A stretch of DNA of 64,000 nucleotides, taken from the NCBI GenBank assembly GCA_029259115.1, contig JAPDJO010000027.1, positions 9,454-73,453 on the forward strand, in the 5' to 3' direction. The notes under the pieces are model-generated. The model worked only from the letters and a program-made list of their open reading frames with translations. It did no database searches and was not told the origin of the DNA. This document shows, one piece after another, positions 1-8,722 of the stretch (position 1 is its first letter; each line of letters opens with the position of its first letter). Origin of the DNA: Thermoplasmatota archaeon (GTDB lineage: Archaea; Thermoplasmatota; E2; DHVEG-1; B18-G2). Both the position numbers and the translations under genes were made by a program.

Positions 1-342
1 GAAGAGGGTATTTTGATAGAAAAGATCAGGAAGGAGATTCTCAGGGATGGTTTGGCAGTATATGGAGTAAAAGAGGTTTTGAATGAGGTAATGAAGGGAA
101 AGGTGGATATCATAATGGTGGAGAAAGGTCTTAGAATAAAAGGATGGATATGCGAAAGATGTCAGGCAGTAGGAATAGGTAGCAAGAAACTCTGTCCCAA
201 TTGCAAAGAAGAAGTATCTGAAGTTGATGTTATTGAAGAGATACTGGAGTTTTGTGAGAGATTTAATACCAGGATTGTTTTTGTCGAGAAGAGTGAAGCA
301 GAAGATTTAGGAGGTATAGCTGGACTATTGAGATACAAGTGA
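1..342 (+). CDS. aRF1/eRF1-family release factor (or baeRF paralog), C-terminal part with zinc ribbon; 5' truncated by window edge
   Basis: Frame open from base 1. GLAVYGVKEV...CERC...CPNC...GGIAGLLRY matches eRF1 domain 3 with a Zn-ribbon insert. Confidence 0.75.
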   Translation, partial: EEGILIEKIRKEILRDGLAVYGVKEVLNEVMKGKVDIIMVEKGLRIKGWICERCQAVGIGSKKLCPNCKEEVSEVDVIEEILEFCERFNTRIVFVEKSEAEDLGGIAGLLRYK

Positions 343-425
343 TCGAATCTTCAAATTCGATTATTATATCTCAGAAAACTATTTAAATGCCTTATGTTTA
401 GGAAGATTGCAAAGTTGGGGGAGTT

Positions 426-1379
426 ATGGAAACAGATAGAAAATTTGAGGATTTCTTCAGAAGGGTTCAAAAAGAGGTGCAGAGAGAGATTGAGAAGAGC
501 ATAAGGGATGAAAATATAAGATATGCTTTGCAAGGTGGAAAGCTTTTGAGACCGGTTATGCTGATGCTCTCATTCAAAGTCTGCGATGGTAAAAATTACA
601 GAAAAGCTTTGGAGTCTGCGCTCGGTATAGAACTTGCTCATTCCGCGTCTCTCGTTCACGACGATATAATAGATAAAGATAATGAGAGAAGAGGAAGACC
701 TTCCCTTCATGTAGAGAAGGGTCTTGAAGTAGCTATTCTGACTGGTCATAGAATGATAAATGAGGCTTTCAGAATTGCTCTCAAACATGGAAAAAGAAAT
801 GCCTTTATCTTTCTTGACACATGGAATGAAACACTAGAGGGAGAATTGAAAGATGTGGAGATAACCTCTAAGCTAATGGATCATATAAAACGAGGAGATC
901 TCCGCGAGTTGTCTGAGGAATATTTTAAAATAATAGATCTTAAAACCGCATCCCTGTTTTCGGCAGCCTGCAGGGCGGGAGCGATAGAGGCTAATGCATC
1001 TGAAGATTTAACAGAGTTGTTAGCAAGATATGGGAGAGAAGTTGGCATATCGTATCAGCTTGCGGATGATCTTGTAGACATAATAAGTGGAAAATTTGAT
1101 GAAGGTTTGGTTTTGCCTCTTGTTAGACTTTACAGAGGAAAAGAAATTGAGATTGTAAAGATTGCTGAGGAAAACAACAAAATTTTATCAAATCTCATAA
1201 TCAACAGAAAAGAGGATTTGAAGGAAATATATTTGGAGGAAATAAGAAAACATGTAAAAAACGCTGAAAAGTTAGCGTCTTCTGAAAAGATAAAAGATGG
1301 TCCATTCAAGGATATGTTGAGAGAAGCGCCTAGATATATAGTCAATAAAATGCTTGAAAACGTTGGTGTTGTAATATGA
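426..1379 (+). CDS. trans-polyprenyl diphosphate synthase, probably long-chain
   Basis: GGKLLRP, FARM ASLVHDDIIDKDNERRG, KTASLF, SARM YQLADDLVD. Ala at position -5 of FARM. Confidence 0.9.
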   Translation: METDRKFEDFFRRVQKEVQREIEKSIRDENIRYALQGGKLLRPVMLMLSFKVCDGKNYRKALESALGIELAHSASLVHDDIIDKDNERRGRPSLHVEKGLEVAILTGHRMINEAFRIALKHGKRNAFIFLDTWNETLEGELKDVEITSKLMDHIKRGDLRELSEEYFKIIDLKTASLFSAACRAGAIEANASEDLTELLARYGREVGISYQLADDLVDIISGKFDEGLVLPLVRLYRGKEIEIVKIAEENNKILSNLIINRKEDLKEIYLEEIRKHVKNAEKLASSEKIKDGPFKDMLREAPRYIVNKMLENVGVVI

Positions 1380-2044
1380 TAGAAATAGAGAAAAAAGGGA
1401 TGTTATCTCCTTTCACGATACTCACATCCATATTAACTGGCGGTTTCTTCCCTTTGCTTGGCTCCTTCTTTGCCTCTATCTTTATCCATAGAGTATATTG
1501 GGAAGGGATCATATTAACATCTGTAGGAGGATTCGTGGCTCATTACTTCTTGGCTCATTCCATACATGACCTTTATCATTACAAGATAGAGAAAAGGGCT
1601 ACGTTGAGTAAGAAATCTCTGAAGGTCATTTTTGCTATGTCTGTGATTTTTCTCTTACTTATTGCCATATATCTAACCCTAAAATGTGGGTGGCCAGTTC
1701 TGATTTTCTCGATTATAGGAGCAATAGTTTGTATGTATGCAGAAGGTTTGTTACATCATGAATCTCAAATGGCATTCGGAGCCATGTTTCTAGTTATAGG
1801 ATCCTTCTATGTTCAAGTTGGATATCCACATGGTATAAATGGAGCAATAACTATAGGGTTTAAACCTTGGCTCGAGGCTATGCTTTTGTCCTTTTTTGCT
1901 TTCTTTAGCCAGTATGGTTGGCTTATGTTCTATCGCCTAGATGATTATGAGTGGAACAGGGCGACAATAAACAAAAGCATAATATTAACCAAAACAGGTC
2001 TTGTCTTTCTAGTGCTTGTTTTTATGGTTCACGCCTTGCTGTAA
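1376..2044 (+). CDS. multi-pass membrane protein, degenerate UbiA/MenA prenyltransferase-like
   Basis: Several hydrophobic helices. HSIHDLYH sits at the NxxNDxxD position; MenA-like GSFYVQ. ATGA overlap with the prenyl synthase stop. Confidence 0.5.
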   Translation: MIEIEKKGMLSPFTILTSILTGGFFPLLGSFFASIFIHRVYWEGIILTSVGGFVAHYFLAHSIHDLYHYKIEKRATLSKKSLKVIFAMSVIFLLLIAIYLTLKCGWPVLIFSIIGAIVCMYAEGLLHHESQMAFGAMFLVIGSFYVQVGYPHGINGAITIGFKPWLEAMLLSFFAFFSQYGWLMFYRLDDYEWNRATINKSIILTKTGLVFLVLVFMVHALL

Positions 2045-2048
2045 GATT

Positions 2049-2438
2049 TTAAATTCGATGATAGAGGTGGTTAGTCACTCTTTTCATATAATCTGGATCG
2101 TCTTCCTTCTTCAACCTCCCTCCGAAGTATTTCTTATTAAGAGATTTAATTGTCCCAGATGTCCCTATGGTTTCGATCTTTACACGTTGATTTCCTATCC
2201 TCTCTATAGATTTGAGTAGACCTATCACATCATCTTTGTAAAGATGGTAACAATGGACTATACCCTCCCTCCCGTTGAATCTGGTCAATCTCAAACCAAC
2301 CTCTTTAGATCTATTACCGAAAATCTCTAGAGATTTATTTCTAATGGCTTTCTTTACTTCTTCTCTGCTAAGCGCTCTATCTGGCTCTCTTATAACGAAA
2401 CCAATGTATCGATGCCTTTTCTTTCTATTCTGACTCAA
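2049..2438 (-). CDS. rnp2: RNase P protein Pop5/Rpp14
   Basis: RKKRHRYIGF...GIVHC...TIGTSGTIKSL. Likely TTG start at 2438 overlapping the pcn end. Confidence 0.85.
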   Translation of the reverse strand: MSQNRKKRHRYIGFVIREPDRALSREEVKKAIRNKSLEIFGNRSKEVGLRLTRFNGREGIVHCYHLYKDDVIGLLKSIERIGNQRVKIETIGTSGTIKSLNKKYFGGRLKKEDDPDYMKRVTNHLYHRI

Positions 2439-3162
2439 TGCGGGGTGCAAGAAGATAAGTGGCGCGAGCATTCTTATCAGCAAATTCGAACTCCAGTTTA
2501 ACCGGGTTATCGTTACCCAGGTATATCGTTAAAGGCTCATCTCCTTTGACAGGTTTTATCATACTACTGAAATAGTCTATGGAAAACAAACTTCTGCATT
2601 TTTCTGGAGCGTTTAGATCTATCAATAGATCCTTTGGCAGCTTTAAGTTAACTGTGTCTGTGTCTCCCTCAGCAAAAAGTTCAAATGCATCTTGAGTAGC
2701 AAGTAGTGCTATATGATCTGAAACTGCCTCAGAGGCTTTTACCCCCTGATGTAGCTCAGATGCTTTTAAGGTTATCTTAGCTGGAAGGTTGAGACTCGGA
2801 ACCTTTGGCTCGGTCATTCCAGTTGTATCTATCAATCCTATCTTTCTAACCAAGTTACCAATCCTGACGATCAACTTGTTTGATATTTCATCGAATTCTA
2901 GAGATACTGTATCATTAGAGCTTGCAAGCTTCATGATGCTGCCAAGCTTGTCTAGATCTATCCCTATCTCCATCTCGTCAGCTTTGTATTCTTCGAATGC
3001 AGAAGCTCTTATCTCTAGATCTACCATAGCTACGTGAGCAGGATCTACAGCTCTCAGACTAATACCATTTGGCGTTACATTCAGTTTCACTTCATTAACA
3101 AGTGGAGACACTATATCTATCATCTTTTTTAGGGTTTCTGCCTTTATTTTTGCTTGAAACAT
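2425..3162 (-). CDS. pcn: PCNA sliding clamp
   Basis: MFQAKI...LRAVDPAHVAMVDL...YLLAPRIE. Start refined to ATG 3162 behind a GAGGAGG SD. Confidence 0.97.
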   Translation of the reverse strand: MFQAKIKAETLKKMIDIVSPLVNEVKLNVTPNGISLRAVDPAHVAMVDLEIRASAFEEYKADEMEIGIDLDKLGSIMKLASSNDTVSLEFDEISNKLIVRIGNLVRKIGLIDTTGMTEPKVPSLNLPAKITLKASELHQGVKASEAVSDHIALLATQDAFELFAEGDTDTVNLKLPKDLLIDLNAPEKCRSLFSIDYFSSMIKPVKGDEPLTIYLGNDNPVKLEFEFADKNARATYLLAPRIESE

Positions 3163-3221
3163 CTTCTCCTCCTCGCAAAAACCTAATTTGCTGAGAATAA
3201 TACAATCTCTGTTTATAATGA

Positions 3222-3240
3222 TGACGGTCTTTTGACTCAA
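3222..3240. repeat. 19-bp direct repeat, copy 1 (TGACGGTCTTTTGACTCAA)
   Basis: Identical to 4182-4200. Confidence 0.95.
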
Positions 3241-3241
3241 C

Positions 3242-4135
3242 TTACCTTAAAACTATTTTTCTTCCGCTTCGATGAATAATTATCTCCTGAGTACGACCTT
3301 TACGTCTGATGTGTGCCGGAATTACAATAACTGTAGCACCCAACAGCCTGAGTTGTTTTTTGAAAAAATCTAGATCAATGTTCTTACCCACATCGAACAA
3401 AACAGCTATAACCTTTTTAAAGTAAAGTATATCTGTCTGGACTTCACCCAGTAAATTTTTCAAAATACCCTTATTTTCGGCTACTTTAATCTCTATAGCG
3501 ATCTCATCATTTACCACAACATCTGCCTTACCATGCTCAAAAGGATATTCAAGCCTTACCGCATTTCTTCCAATCTTCCCAGCAATCCACCGCGCCAACT
3601 GATCTCTAAGATTTTTCTCCTCTTTGACCACACCCAATGGTTCAAACTCCATTATGATTTGCACTAATTTATCAGAGTCTCTATCAACTTTAAGATCGTC
3701 TTCGTCTGCCTCTTCTGCTCTCTTTATTATATCATGATACTGCCTTTTCTCCTTTCCTCTTTTTTCCTCTGTCTTGAAAAGCTCTTCTCTATATTTTTCT
3801 AATTCTTCCAACACATCTCGGTATCGTACTTTGTATCTTCTAGCTAAATTCAGAATTTCTCTAAAGCTAAGATTAGATGCCATGGCATCCACGATCTCAC
3901 CTTTTGTTCTAAAATAATATCTTTCCTCAGTAAGGGGATCTTCATCATACAATTCTATACTTCTAGAAATTGCTATTGATTTAAGTTGATTAACTGTAAA
4001 TCTTGACAAAATTTCTGCTTTAGCCTCTTTAACTTTAATGCGCCATTTTATTTCCTTAGCAACTCTACTAACAGCTTTTCTGGCGGCCTGTCCCATTTTT
4101 TTAAAAGCACCGATGAAACTTATCTTTTGCTTCAT
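3242..4135 (-). CDS. putative PD-(D/E)xK restriction-endonuclease-like protein with N-terminal helical (SAP/HeH-like) repeats
   Basis: C-terminal E..L...L...EY....KADVVVNDEIAIEIK nuclease motif. N-terminal FTVNQLKSIA and LSFREILNLA helix pairs. Confidence 0.6.
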   Translation of the reverse strand: MKQKISFIGAFKKMGQAARKAVSRVAKEIKWRIKVKEAKAEILSRFTVNQLKSIAISRSIELYDEDPLTEERYYFRTKGEIVDAMASNLSFREILNLARRYKVRYRDVLEELEKYREELFKTEEKRGKEKRQYHDIIKRAEEADEDDLKVDRDSDKLVQIIMEFEPLGVVKEEKNLRDQLARWIAGKIGRNAVRLEYPFEHGKADVVVNDEIAIEIKVAENKGILKNLLGEVQTDILYFKKVIAVLFDVGKNIDLDFFKKQLRLLGATVIVIPAHIRRKGRTQEIIIHRSGRKIVLR

Positions 4136-4181
4136 ACGGTAATTAATATATTCTATGATTTATTTTAAACTTTTTAAGATT

Positions 4182-4200
4182 TGACGGTCTTTTGACTCAA
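4182..4200. repeat. 19-bp direct repeat, copy 2
   Basis: Identical to 3222-3240. Confidence 0.95.
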
Positions 4201-4303
4201 ATGCAATTGATTGATGATTCCTTACTAACTATCTTTCAGAAAATACTTAATACAAGAAATCGATGCGATATAGCAAACCGTGGGTGGAGGTGGTGATGGT
4301 AAG

Positions 4304-6082
4304 ATGAAACTATTAGATAAATTTGTAGTAGTTACGCTTTTGTTGACCGCTGTCTATCCAGTTGCACTCGGAACAACTGTCTTTATTGGAGGATGTCATG
4401 CAGATGTAGATATAGACAAAACGGTATGGGATGGAAGTAATTGGGTTGACAGCATTAATATATGCTTGGATGAGAATGTAGAATTTAAAATAGTTGTCAC
4501 CAATAGTGGAGATGGGAGTCTAAGTAATCTACATATAACCGATGATCTACCAGACTTTTTGACTTATAATAATGATGCGTCAATGGTACCGAGCTCGTAC
4601 TCAGATCACTATATCGAATGGCATGTAGATGAGCTTGCAGAAGGAGAAAATATAGTAATAACATTTAGCGCCAGAGCTACATCAACTGGCGAAGGTGACA
4701 ATATTGCATCTGTTGAAGGTTCAGGAGGAGGGTTTGAGGGGTTAAGTCCTGGCTTCTGGAAAAATCACCCTGATGATTGGTATGGGTACTCCCCATCAAC
4801 TACAATCGGAGAGGTTTTTGATCTCCCAGATGAACTTAGTGAGCTTTCATCAAAAACATTCATGGAGGCTTTGAACTTCCATGGCGGTCCCGATGTGGTT
4901 GATAAGGCGAAGCTTCTTTTACGACAAGCTGTAGCAGCACTACTCAATGCAGCACATCCAGGTATAAACTATCCTCTCTCACAGAATGAAATAATTAGCC
5001 AAGTTAATGATGCTTTAGCTACACTAGACCCGGACACTATTCTCGATCTTAAAGATACTCTAGAGGATTACAACAACCTTGGTGGCGATTTTGATGACGA
5101 TGAAGTATCTGATTCCGACAGTGCTCACGTAAAGGTAGAGCAGTGCGGAAACCCTGATGTGGAGATTGTTAAGAAGGTGTGGGATGGAAGTAATTGGGTT
5201 GACAGTGTAACTGTTAATGTTGGAGAGGATGTGAAGTTCAAGATAACTGTTACAAATACTGGGGATGTTCCTCTAGATACATATGTCAAGGTGTCTGATG
5301 ATCTGCCAGATTTCTTGACTTACAACAATGATGCAAATCCAACACCTACATCTTCATCTGCACATCATATTGAGTGGAATAATCTTGCACCACTTGGTGT
5401 TGGAGAGAGTGTTACAATAACGTTTTCTGCACATGCTGACTCTACAGGTGAAGCAGATAATGTTGCATCTGTTAGAGCTAAATACGACTGTAATCCAGAG
5501 GTGACTGATTCTGATACTGCTCATGTGAAAGTCAGATGTAAAGATAATTCTCCTCCAAACAAACCTGCAAAACCTTGTGGTCCGACATGTGGACGGGTTA
5601 ACATAGAATACACCTACATTGTCGTGACAACAGATCCTGATGGAGATATGGTATATTACTTTGTAGACTGGGGAGATGGAACAAACAGTGGATGGATAGG
5701 ACCATATGAAAGCGGTAAGATGGTAAAAGTTAAACATAGATGGACTCAACAAGGCTACTATCAAATAAAGGTAAAAGCCAAAGACATATATGGCGAGGAA
5801 AGCGAGTGGTCTGATCCCTTGCCAATAACAATGCCAAAAAGCAAAGATGACCAAAAAGATGATGATCAAGCAGATGGAAAAACAAAACGTTTCGGTATCA
5901 TAACAAATATTCTCAAGAATATACAGCGGTTCTCGTCGAATAGAAACGCCAAGACCTTCAACACAGTGATCTCAAAATTAATAGAACGCTTCCAAAATAT
6001 GCACAATGTAAACCAAGAAAAGGAATTTGTTTCACCGCGGAATAGCATCCGTAAAATCTACAGTTCTTTTATCAACGATTGA
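4304..6082 (+). CDS. secreted surface protein: two DUF11-like Ig domains, a PGFWKNH helical domain and a PKD-like domain
   Basis: Signal peptide. Repeated K.VWDGSNWVDS...FKI.VTN.GD...DDLPDFLTYNNDA. SPGFWKNHP. DWGDG. Start refined to 4304. Confidence 0.75.
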   Translation: MKLLDKFVVVTLLLTAVYPVALGTTVFIGGCHADVDIDKTVWDGSNWVDSINICLDENVEFKIVVTNSGDGSLSNLHITDDLPDFLTYNNDASMVPSSYSDHYIEWHVDELAEGENIVITFSARATSTGEGDNIASVEGSGGGFEGLSPGFWKNHPDDWYGYSPSTTIGEVFDLPDELSELSSKTFMEALNFHGGPDVVDKAKLLLRQAVAALLNAAHPGINYPLSQNEIISQVNDALATLDPDTILDLKDTLEDYNNLGGDFDDDEVSDSDSAHVKVEQCGNPDVEIVKKVWDGSNWVDSVTVNVGEDVKFKITVTNTGDVPLDTYVKVSDDLPDFLTYNNDANPTPTSSSAHHIEWNNLAPLGVGESVTITFSAHADSTGEADNVASVRAKYDCNPEVTDSDTAHVKVRCKDNSPPNKPAKPCGPTCGRVNIEYTYIVVTTDPDGDMVYYFVDWGDGTNSGWIGPYESGKMVKVKHRWTQQGYYQIKVKAKDIYGEESEWSDPLPITMPKSKDDQKDDDQADGKTKRFGIITNILKNIQRFSSNRNAKTFNTVISKLIERFQNMHNVNQEKEFVSPRNSIRKIYSSFIND

Positions 6083-6114
6083 TAGAGATTTGATCAACAG
6101 TGTTTCCAGCAAGA

Positions 6115-6187
6115 TGGGCTCGGCCGGATTCGAACCGGCGACCTCCGCCTCGTCAAGGCGACGTCATAACCCCTAGACTACGAGCCC
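6115..6187 (-). tRNA. tRNA-Val(GAC)
   Basis: Reverse complement GGGCTCG...TCGCC-TT-GAC-GA-GGCGG...GGTTCGAATCC...CGAGCCCA folds as a cloverleaf. No intron, CCA not encoded. Confidence 0.96.
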
Positions 6188-6264
6188 GACAAATCAAAGA
6201 TAGGATTTTTCCTTTTAAATTTAGTGATGAAAAGTTAATTAAGGTTTAAATTTTTACAGATTCG

Positions 6265-6819
6265 ATGGTTGGGGAGGAGTACAAGGAAAGCACTATATAT
6301 AAACTTGTTAAACTCCTTAAAGAGAATGTTTTGAGGATCCTCATCATTCTAAGAGAGGAAGAAAAGTTGAGATGGAAAGAAATACAAGAGAAAACAGATC
6401 TACCTGTAGCTACTCTGAATAGATCTCTAGCAGCTTTGAAGGACTTGCACTTTATAATGAAGGAAGGCGAATTTTACAGATTAACATGGACTGGGAGGCT
6501 TGCCTTAGATGGATTATTCCTATTAGGTTTGAGGATAGGGGAATTTCCATCCAGCGAAAAGATTGAGGATATAGTTGCTGAGAGATTGTTGGCTAGAGAC
6601 GTGGTCCTCGCTATCCTCATAATACTATTTGCGAGTTTGAAGATAAGAGGAAGATTAGATATCAAAGAGTTTGAGAATGCCCTCGATGAAGAAAGAAAAG
6701 TTATTTACAAGATAATTGGCGATTTCGAGAAGGAAGGTTTATTAAAGTTTGATGGAAAAGTCGTAGAGGCTACGGATAAACTCAAAGAGATGGGATTAGT
6801 AGATATTCTATCACTCTAG
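6265..6819 (+). CDS. winged-helix transcription regulator, probably tandem wHTH
   Basis: LRWKEIQEKTDLPVATLNRSLAAL...YRLTWTG. Confidence 0.75.
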   Translation: MVGEEYKESTIYKLVKLLKENVLRILIILREEEKLRWKEIQEKTDLPVATLNRSLAALKDLHFIMKEGEFYRLTWTGRLALDGLFLLGLRIGEFPSSEKIEDIVAERLLARDVVLAILIILFASLKIRGRLDIKEFENALDEERKVIYKIIGDFEKEGLLKFDGKVVEATDKLKEMGLVDILSL

Positions 6820-8160
6820 CCTAACCCTAGATATTACCGTCGGTGGAAGAGAGGGACCAGAGGGATTCTCTATCTTCTCTACTTCCTTTACTTCCACTCT
6901 TATACCTTTCCCAAACAGTTTCCTGTATCCTTCCTCTATATCTTTGAGTAATTTTTCTTTTTCTCTAGTTTCTCCCCTAAACTTGAGTCTTATCTCTACC
7001 CTATCCATCTTCTCCTGATAGAATTGAAACCTTTCCAGATTTGTGACATTGAATTTCTCTAAGGATTCTATCAATGGTAAAGGTGCACTAGCTGGGGGTA
7101 TAACCCTTCTATCTGGCAGAACTATCGATTCTCTTTTCCTTCCCTCCAAACTTTTGATTATGGGGGTATTGATCCCACATTCGCAATCTTCATCCGATAA
7201 GGATACCATATCGGCTAAACCAGAATATCTGATTATGGGAACACCCACCGGTAAAAGTTTAGTTATAACTGCATTACCAATCTTACCTTCTTCATCAACG
7301 GTTTCAAGATATATAAGATCCGCATTTACATGCATCTTTCCCTCTAGGCATTCAAATGCTGTGATTGCACCTTCCGTTGATGCATACAAATTTTTTACCT
7401 CTGCATCAAAAGCATCCTCGATAAGTTTTCTAGAGTATTTATCTAGAATCTCCCCACTCGATATGATGTATTTTGGCCTAATATCTTCTCCTAGACCTTC
7501 TTTCCTAAGAAATGCAAGGTTTACTAGCACACTTGTATAGCCTATTATAACATCTGGCTTGAATTCACTCAGTCTTTTGATTAAAATCTCCCCACTCTCA
7601 TTCACAGATAGCATTTGGTGCTCTCCTAGCAATTTCATGGACATTGCTTTTTCAGCAAGATCTCTATATATTTCTTCGTCACTCGATCCAGGTATAGAAA
7701 AATCACCTATGTTCGATACTCTAGCTTTCCTCCAATTAAGACCGTAAGCCTTGAGGATTCTTAATCCGTAGATCGAGTTTATCGTACTCTCATAAAGAGG
7801 GAAGAAAAGGATTATAGGTTTTCCAGATGAACCTGATGTACTTACCTTGTATCCCATTTTGTCTCTGTACTTCCTTGGAAGGATTTCTTCAAGAGATTTG
7901 CTGGCTAATTCCTCTTTACTTACAAGAGGAAGATTTTTGGAGTCTTCTAACCCCCTAATTTTCTCTATATCCACCCCTGCAGCGTCATACTTCTTCCTGT
8001 AAAATATAGTTTTGTGATAGGCGTATCTCAATACCTTTAAAAACATCTTTTCTTGGTATCTCTTCATCTCGTCTTTATTCAACTTCCATATTCTACCCAT
8101 TATGCTAAAATAATTCCAAGCTAGTTTAGATAGTAGTATTGGATTAAGCAAAGGATTCAC
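6811..8160 (-). CDS. PaaK/phenylacetate-CoA ligase-family adenylate-forming enzyme, paralog 2
   Basis: STSGSSGKP P-loop, SSGE, YASTEG, PIIRYSGLAD, EGR. GTG start. Confidence 0.85.
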   Translation of the reverse strand: MNPLLNPILLSKLAWNYFSIMGRIWKLNKDEMKRYQEKMFLKVLRYAYHKTIFYRKKYDAAGVDIEKIRGLEDSKNLPLVSKEELASKSLEEILPRKYRDKMGYKVSTSGSSGKPIILFFPLYESTINSIYGLRILKAYGLNWRKARVSNIGDFSIPGSSDEEIYRDLAEKAMSMKLLGEHQMLSVNESGEILIKRLSEFKPDVIIGYTSVLVNLAFLRKEGLGEDIRPKYIISSGEILDKYSRKLIEDAFDAEVKNLYASTEGAITAFECLEGKMHVNADLIYLETVDEEGKIGNAVITKLLPVGVPIIRYSGLADMVSLSDEDCECGINTPIIKSLEGRKRESIVLPDRRVIPPASAPLPLIESLEKFNVTNLERFQFYQEKMDRVEIRLKFRGETREKEKLLKDIEEGYRKLFGKGIRVEVKEVEKIENPSGPSLPPTVISRVRLE

Positions 8161-8164
8161 AATA

Positions 8165-8722
8165 TCACCTCTTGATTAGAATTACAGATTCAGTCCCATC
8201 CTTTCTCTTTTTTCTATCCAAGATTTCTAAATTCCTTACATTCAGCTCCTCTTTACCAAATACTAGAGAAAATGATCCTGCCGTCCTACAGACTATATAG
8301 GTTCCTTTTTTTGCATCCTTAGAGATCTTTTCGAGGATTTCTTTTTTGGGTTCTGTTCCAAGAGCAACGACTATAAGATTAAAATTCTCAAGATCTGTAT
8401 CTTTACCATCTGCGTGTTTTATTTCCACATTTCTTAGTTGATATCTCTCAATAATTTTTTTAGCTGCATCAGCAGCATCTTTGTCTCTATCTATGCCGAC
8501 TATATTCCATTTTTTTATCTTAGCTAAACTTACAACTGTATTAGGTATAGATCCACATCCTATAACCAGAACATTGGATTCATCTTTGATTGGGATTGAC
8601 GAAAATTCATCTATAATTATCTTGTCCTGGATTGTGATATACAGTTTTGTTAGCAACCAAGATCTAGAGAATATCTTTTCGAGAACTCTAAGATACTTAT
8701 TGTGAAGGGATTGCAGTGCCAT
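8165..8722 (-). CDS. class I SAM-dependent enzyme, nicotianamine synthase-like catalytic domain
   Basis: VLVIGCGSIPNT, GIDRDKDA, IVVALGTEPKKEIL, IVCRT parallel the NAS motifs GSGPLPLT, VAALAEPK and YRT. Confidence 0.65.
   Translation of the reverse strand: MALQSLHNKYLRVLEKIFSRSWLLTKLYITIQDKIIIDEFSSIPIKDESNVLVIGCGSIPNTVVSLAKIKKWNIVGIDRDKDAADAAKKIIERYQLRNVEIKHADGKDTDLENFNLIVVALGTEPKKEILEKISKDAKKGTYIVCRTAGSFSLVFGKEELNVRNLEILDRKKRKDGTESVILIKR

Noticed and set aside
3222-4200. CRISPR array or IS element
   Set aside because: Only two repeats 960 bp apart, with no cas genes, transposase or terminal inverted repeats.
6115-6187. tRNA-Val as integration site for the adjacent cluster
   Set aside because: No duplicated tRNA 3' end or integrase seen in the window.
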